Positions 47,411-64,000 of a stretch of DNA of 64,000 bases are shown here, piece after piece. Below the pieces are notes generated by a model. The model was given only the letters and a program-made list of their open reading frames with translations, ran no database searches and was not told where the DNA came from. Position numbers and translations under genes: made by a program. Source of the stretch: the human T2T-CHM13v2.0 reference genome, Homo sapiens; assembly GCF_009914755.1 (NCBI RefSeq), contig NC_060926.1, one strand, 5' to 3'. How positions within the stretch are numbered: position 1 is the first letter of the stretch; the number at the start of each line of letters is the position of its first letter.

Positions 47411-48258
47411 GGTTGGGAAATGGCCTCTAACCTGATCCCCTAAGGGCCCTGCTACTGCCCAGCCCTTCTCTAGAGATCCTCAAGAAACCCACACATTAAA
47501 ACATTAATACGTAGTACTGTAGGGGGGCATTCAGGACCTTTCTCCAGCCCTGTGGCTGGTGTCCATTCTGACTAGTTGGTTTCCATACCCACAGCCATGT
47601 TCCTTCCAACTGAATATCCTCCCACCCTCATCATCATGAACATAAATATCATTTATTGAACAAAATGTACAGAATATCCTCTATATGCTAGATACTTACA
47701 CTTGTCATGCAGCATGCTAGGATAGGTTGGGGATGGGTAGGACATAGAGCCTGGGAGAAGGCTGCAGTGGGAGAGCCATCATTGGAAAAGGCGGACTCTC
47801 TCTTAGCTGGAAAGACTAGAAGTCTTCACACCCAGTCCTAGGGAGAGTGGCCAAACTCCACACAGGCAATGGCACACAAAGGATGCGGGTGGTAGCATCT
47901 GACTTTGGGAACTCTGGGCAATTGTCATGGTAACAGGGGTCTCCCTGGAGTCTGACAAATTGGAAGTAAGGGCACCTGGAAGAGGAGTCCAGCAGTGGAG
48001 ATGCCAGGTGAGAGGACAGCACAAGCTTCGGCAGGCCAGCTTCCTACTGGGTCAAGTCCTCAAAATGCCAGCTCCCGGAGGCAAAGGGAATCTTAGATGT
48101 TAGATCTTCAAAAGTCAAGGACCCTGACATGCTGCCCAAGGAAACTGTGTCTGGATAATGCTGCCCATGTCAAGAGTTAGGTTATCTTGCTTATGTCTAG
48201 CTTGGGATGCCTAGTGCAAGATAAAAATTCAATTTCTATATTTTACTTACCACCGTGA

Positions 48259-50310
<2,052 letters not shown>

Positions 50311-50665
50311 ATATATGTTTTTATCATTTTTTCCTCCTGGTTATAGTTGGTGGATGTCAAGTCACCAGTACTCTGGAATTGATTTAATATGATCTGATTG
50401 CACTATTTGCTCCCCACAATACTTTTTTTGTGGTCACTTACTCTAAAGTAGGATAATTTCACAGATTAAGATTTACTGAGTTGTATTTTGAGCCAGCTGG
50501 CAAATTATTCGTTTTAATTCATCTAGTTAGATAATTCGCATTTTAAAGTATTTTTTTTTTTGTAATTGCTACTTCAAACTTTTTGGATCTTGACAGTTAT
50601 TCACCTTCCTAGCAAAAAACTGTTTCACATTTTGATATATTTTAATTAAAAATACCTATATCCTA

Positions 50666-51378
<713 letters not shown>

Positions 51379-52111
51379 AAGGAAAAAGTTAAAAATAAAG
51401 GGATGGAAAAAGATTCAGTAGGAAAATACTAACGAAAAGGCAGATATAGCACTTTTATACTTATTAGTCTATTTGGATAATATTCAATATAGCAGCATTA
51501 CAGTATCACCCATAGATAGCTGTTTTATGGACTAAGTAATCCGAGAAAAAAAAAAACAGGTAATAGAGAGGATTTTCTAAGCCCACTCTATGACCCTTGC
51601 CTTATTCCTACCCCATTGGCTATTGCATCCTGCACAATTCAATAGGCTCTCACTTCCAGTTTCCCCAGTACTTTTACATACACTTCCAATAGACGCTGGA
51701 CACATCCAGAGTCCATTCTTCAAGTCTTTCCTTCAAAATCCAGCACTGAATAAAACCAACTACACCTGCAACTTGGGCTCAACGCACCTTAAAGTCAATA
51801 CCTTAATCTTCACCCATGCCCAGTGATACCTCAGCTTGGCCTTGGCCCCTCGCAAGCCTGCCCACATGAACTCCAGCTGGATTCCATCACAGACCTGAAC
51901 TCAGGCTGAATCTCCATCTAGTGAGAGGCTTCTCAGGATCCTGGATCTCAACAGTCTGTTGAGACCTCCAACCCTGAACTCTGGCCTCAGCACCTGGGCT
52001 CTGAGCTTTTTCTCCTCTGTGCATGATTTAAGAGCCCACCCAACTGTGGTGGTTCTTCCTCCTTTCCCCCTCAACTCCAATTACATGTATACCCAGGCTT
52101 ACTTTTCCTAA

Positions 52112-52479
<368 letters not shown>

Positions 52480-53506
52480 CCACCAACTCTAGTTTTTTTT
52501 TTTTTTTTTAAAGTTTTGACTATGATCCACGGTTAAAAAAATATATATATTTTTTACATTGTGACAAGGTATAAAGTTTTCCCTAAATAATACTTAATCC
52601 CTTACCATGTGGCAATGCAATCTGATTATTTTCTTTTTTATTCTATTTTTAAAAGTCAGCTACTAAATTGATTTCATTAACCACTAAGGGGTCCAGACCC
52701 TCAGTTTAAAAACACTTGATCTAGAGAGACTCCTCCCTCCCCCCAATACTTTGTTGGTATATTGTTGATCAGAACCAGGTCAGATATATGAAAGCATATC
52801 TAAAGCAATCACTGCCTTGTTTCCTGGATTTTCTAAGGAGGCATCCTTAACTATAGGACAACAGTCCCCAGGGTGTAAAAGATATACTTTCAGTACTATT
52901 GTTGTTGGAAATGGTGGAGACTTATTTAAAGCCTTCTAGAAAATATTCGCAATTTGAAATCTTATTAAAGAACGCAGGATTGAAAGTGAGGCAACCCAGG
53001 TCCTTGTCTCATCCTGCCACTCATCAATGGGAGATAAATCACCCAGCCTCTCTGAACCAAGGAGTCTCGATCTAGAGGATTGTATATAAATCTGATGATG
53101 ATTCATTCACTCATTGATTTGATCATTCATTTGACAAATGCTTCAGTAACTACGTACCAGGAAGGTAGAGACCTGGCCGTCACGGCTCATCTGACAATTC
53201 AAGCTGAGAGAGCCCCAAATTTATCACCCATTGTATGTCATCATATGCCCAGGTTCTTCATCAAATTCATGATTCATCATTCACCACAGGGGAATAAGCT
53301 GCTTCCTATAAGTGCATTACCCAGAAAAATTATGTTCATTTATATAAACCATTTAATAAAAATCTCTCTAAGATGTTTAAATACTATATTGTATCTAATT
53401 TCATTAATGGTTTAATTAATTCTAACGGGAGCCTACTTTTATTTAAATTTTATGAATTCTTATGCAAGTTTAATTTTAAATGTCCAAAATGTAATTTTTG
53501 CTCTAA

Positions 53507-54990
<1,484 letters not shown>

Positions 54991-55105
54991 AATATTCTAT
55001 TTTGAGCAGAGAAGTACCACAAACAAACAAGTAGTCAAGGCAGAAAAAAATGGCAAAACTTAAGAAAATATTTTCATATTCCCAGGATCCAGTGATACAA
55101 CTATA

Positions 55106-55912
<807 letters not shown>

Positions 55913-57156
55913 TAAGTTTCATGCTATTGTCAATTAATTCCAATGGCTGTGATTTCCCTTAGCTTGCTCTCTGCTCTGTGGCCTCCTATCCATCTTGTAT
56001 CAACTAGAGTCCTTTGCACAATGTTAGCTCTAATTTCCATGAATTTTCCTATTCTATGTCCCTTTGTAAAACCTTCCTTTGTTTTGCATCACCAAAAGGT
56101 ATGGTAGCAGGAAAAGCTTAGGATGGGAGAAACATTCTACCACCACTTCTTGGCTCTGTGTAGAGTGGCTTCCTCACTTCCCTATCAGAGTTTTGCTCGT
56201 GTTTGGAAGTGGCCAGATGCTACACTTAGGCATCTTGGAATGCTAGCAGCCCCCGATTGCCTGCTCATTGGTCCAGATACTTCGAGCACTGTCCCAAAAA
56301 GTTTTTTAGAAAGGAGAGTTGTAGATGTTCCTTATTGATATATATATATAATTTATTATAAATATATAATATTATATTATAAAAATTTTATTTATAGACT
56401 ACAAATTATTATATATGTGGTATATATATTTCAGTGTCCAGCAGATAAATAAATTTACTGTTTTGAGAAGCTGAAGAAGTGACATTTACTATTAATGTTC
56501 TGTTTCTAGAAGCACAGATGAAAATCTTTGCTTTGGAGAAAAGTTGCCAAAACAAAACCCACAAAATGCAAATGACACACAGGAATCCATCAATTGTTCT
56601 TGGAGACAACTGTGAAGACAACTGCAGGCAGTTGTAAAGTATCTGAAGGTTTAAAATGTTCAGCCTTCCATTCAGGGATGTAAGTTAGAAGTATCATTAG
56701 CAGGACTATGCGCTTTTAGAGTGAGAGACTTTAACAAGTTTTTTTCGCTTTTCTAATTGCCAGTGTAGGCTGGAGTGTCTCTGAAAGTGACGGTTCTTGG
56801 AAGATGTAGGTGTATTTTTGTTAAAGCATTTGCTCATGGGAGATTGTAAGACTAGACCATAGGCAGGATTATGTGTAGGTCTGAACTAGTCTTCCTCCTG
56901 CGCTAAGAGAAAAGCTCCTTCCTCCTATGCTAGCCAAGAAGACTTAGACTGGTTTGGTCAGGTACTGTATGGAATATATTGCAGCGTGGGGTGAGAGTGC
57001 GGCATCCCACACGTGGTATTATTTGAGACTGAACAATTGGCTTTGGAAATATTATCTTGGCCATATGGAGCCAGACTGTGTTTGAGAGTATCCTGAATAC
57101 ATAAAGAACTCTCAAAACCCAATAAGAAGAAGACAAGCAACCCAAATTTTTTTTAA

Positions 57157-58880
<1,724 letters not shown>

Positions 58881-59759
58881 ATATTTACAAATTTTACAAA
58901 AACATACGCTCATTTGGATACATGGCAAGGGCTTTTTCCAGGGTCTTGGAGGAGGCCTATGTGAGTGCGAGACCAATGCAGATGACCTCCTAAGCACTCC
59001 CTGGGTTTGGAGGAGGGAAGAACGAGGATATAGACCCCGCAGTGGAATGGACTTCTCAGCTCCATAGGCTCAGAGCTGTAGTTTGGACATTAAGCTGCAT
59101 GGCCTTGTTCTGAGGTCACAAGCTAGTGAGGCCCTAGGATGTATCCATTACACAAGGAATGGGGCAAGTTTTGAAAGGTCAGTGGCACCATCCTCTGCAG
59201 TTTATGCATGATCACCAACACAGACCTGCCCCGTCGCTCAGGAGATGGGCTCATGTGCTCAGGCAAGGAGGGTAAGACAAGACGCACAGATTCTATTACT
59301 GTGCTGCTGTGGCTACTATTTGCTGATTTGTGACTTGAGGCAGATCATATAATCTCTAGGTGTTGGTTTCAACACTAGTAAAATGAGAATCACAAGAATT
59401 ACCTATTTGTGGGTAATTATTTTCCATGGAAATAATTTGAATCCTTGTTCTGAAATTTGGCTGATCTCTTCCATTATCTAAAGTTCCTTTTGCAGCTGGA
59501 GAAATAGTGAAGTGAAAGAGGATTAGATAGCACGGGCAGGGGACCCCAGGTGGAGTGGCCACTGGTGCCCTCTGCTCAGGCTGGAGGAGAACTCACTGAG
59601 CCTTCGAAGGAGCGTATGCAAGTGAGGGCCCTGAAACTTATGCCTTCTTTGCTTCAAGTCATATCTGCCTCTGTCTGGAAGCCTTCTATTATAATTTTTT
59701 TACATTTTTTGAAATTACTATTTATTGGGTCCTGCTTTGTGCCAGCCACATATATGCAT

Positions 59760-60540
<781 letters not shown>

Positions 60541-61177
60541 AACAATAGAATAAAGCCATATTCCAGAGTTTAGTTCTAAGTTGGATGAGTCCTTTGTAGC
60601 CAACAAAACTTCTGATAATCTTTATTGAAGAGAAGCTTGTTGTTGATGAAACTCCTAAGTACCATCTGGGATTGGAATGGGTCCTGGTGGGATACAGCCT
60701 CAGATCTCCTGGATACCGGGTAATTAGAAGTCACACAGAATACAGGGCCTCAAGCCTACCTCATGTGCCCCTCACATTAGTTCCTGAATCCCATGTCTCC
60801 TTTTTTCTTGGATTCATTGTTCACATTGCTAGAGTTCAACCCCACATGATTATTTCAGTAAAGATCTGTGGATGGTACAATTTCAGAATCTTTGGATATA
60901 CAAAAATAACCATATTTTGCACTCTCACTTGAAAGATAGTTTTTCTCAGTCTGATTTTTCCTCAGATTGTTGTCTTCCAGCAATGATGCCAATGAGAAAC
61001 CTGATGCCACACTGATTCCCATTCCTTTGAGCTTAACCTGTTTATCTCTTTGGAAGCTTTTAGGATTTTACCTTCGTGCCCAGTGTTCTAACATTTCACC
61101 ATGACATGTCCAGGTGTTGGTTTCCATTTCATTCATCTTGGTTAACATTTCCAATGAGAAGACTTGTATCTTTCTGA

Positions 61178-62118
<941 letters not shown>

Positions 62119-62139
62119 GGAATGAAGGGAAAAAAGGTA

Positions 62140-63840
<1,701 letters not shown>

Positions 63841-63917
63841 ATGAATGCGTATACGTGTTATGTGTGTTTTTTCTGTTGTTCTTCTTGTCTGTACATCATT
63901 CCTATTTATACTTCTTC

Positions 63918-63956
<39 letters not shown>

Positions 63957-64000
63957 TTTGAGACAAGGTCTCACTCTTTTACCCAGGGTGGAACACAGTG

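Overview
Primate (human-like) genomic DNA that is very repeat-rich: about 60 Alu/FLAM copies plus L1, L2, MIR, MaLR/ERVL LTRs and Charlie/Tigger DNA transposons. No intact protein-coding gene can be supported, and nearly all ORFs in the track are Alu/L1 artefacts. The recognisable non-repeat features are a CpG-island promoter (~10.45-11.2 kb) and an Alu-interrupted processed RPL14 pseudogene (26.1-27.05 kb, minus strand). The main discovery comes from reading the AT-rich unique islands between repeats on the minus strand. They hold about 12 collinear, splice-site-flanked fossil exons (45,952 down to ~5,900) whose translations align, in order, to the N-terminal region, helical region and kinase domain of DSTYK (dual Ser/Thr/Tyr kinase). 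They are far too diverged to be DSTYK itself and carry many stops and frameshifts. This looks like a ~40-kb, intron-containing, dead ancient paralogue of DSTYK (candidate unitary pseudogene), probably of a pseudokinase, with a CpG-island promoter inside one intron. The alignments were done by eye against my recollection of human DSTYK and need tblastn/HMM confirmation. Repeat subfamily names and boundaries are approximate.
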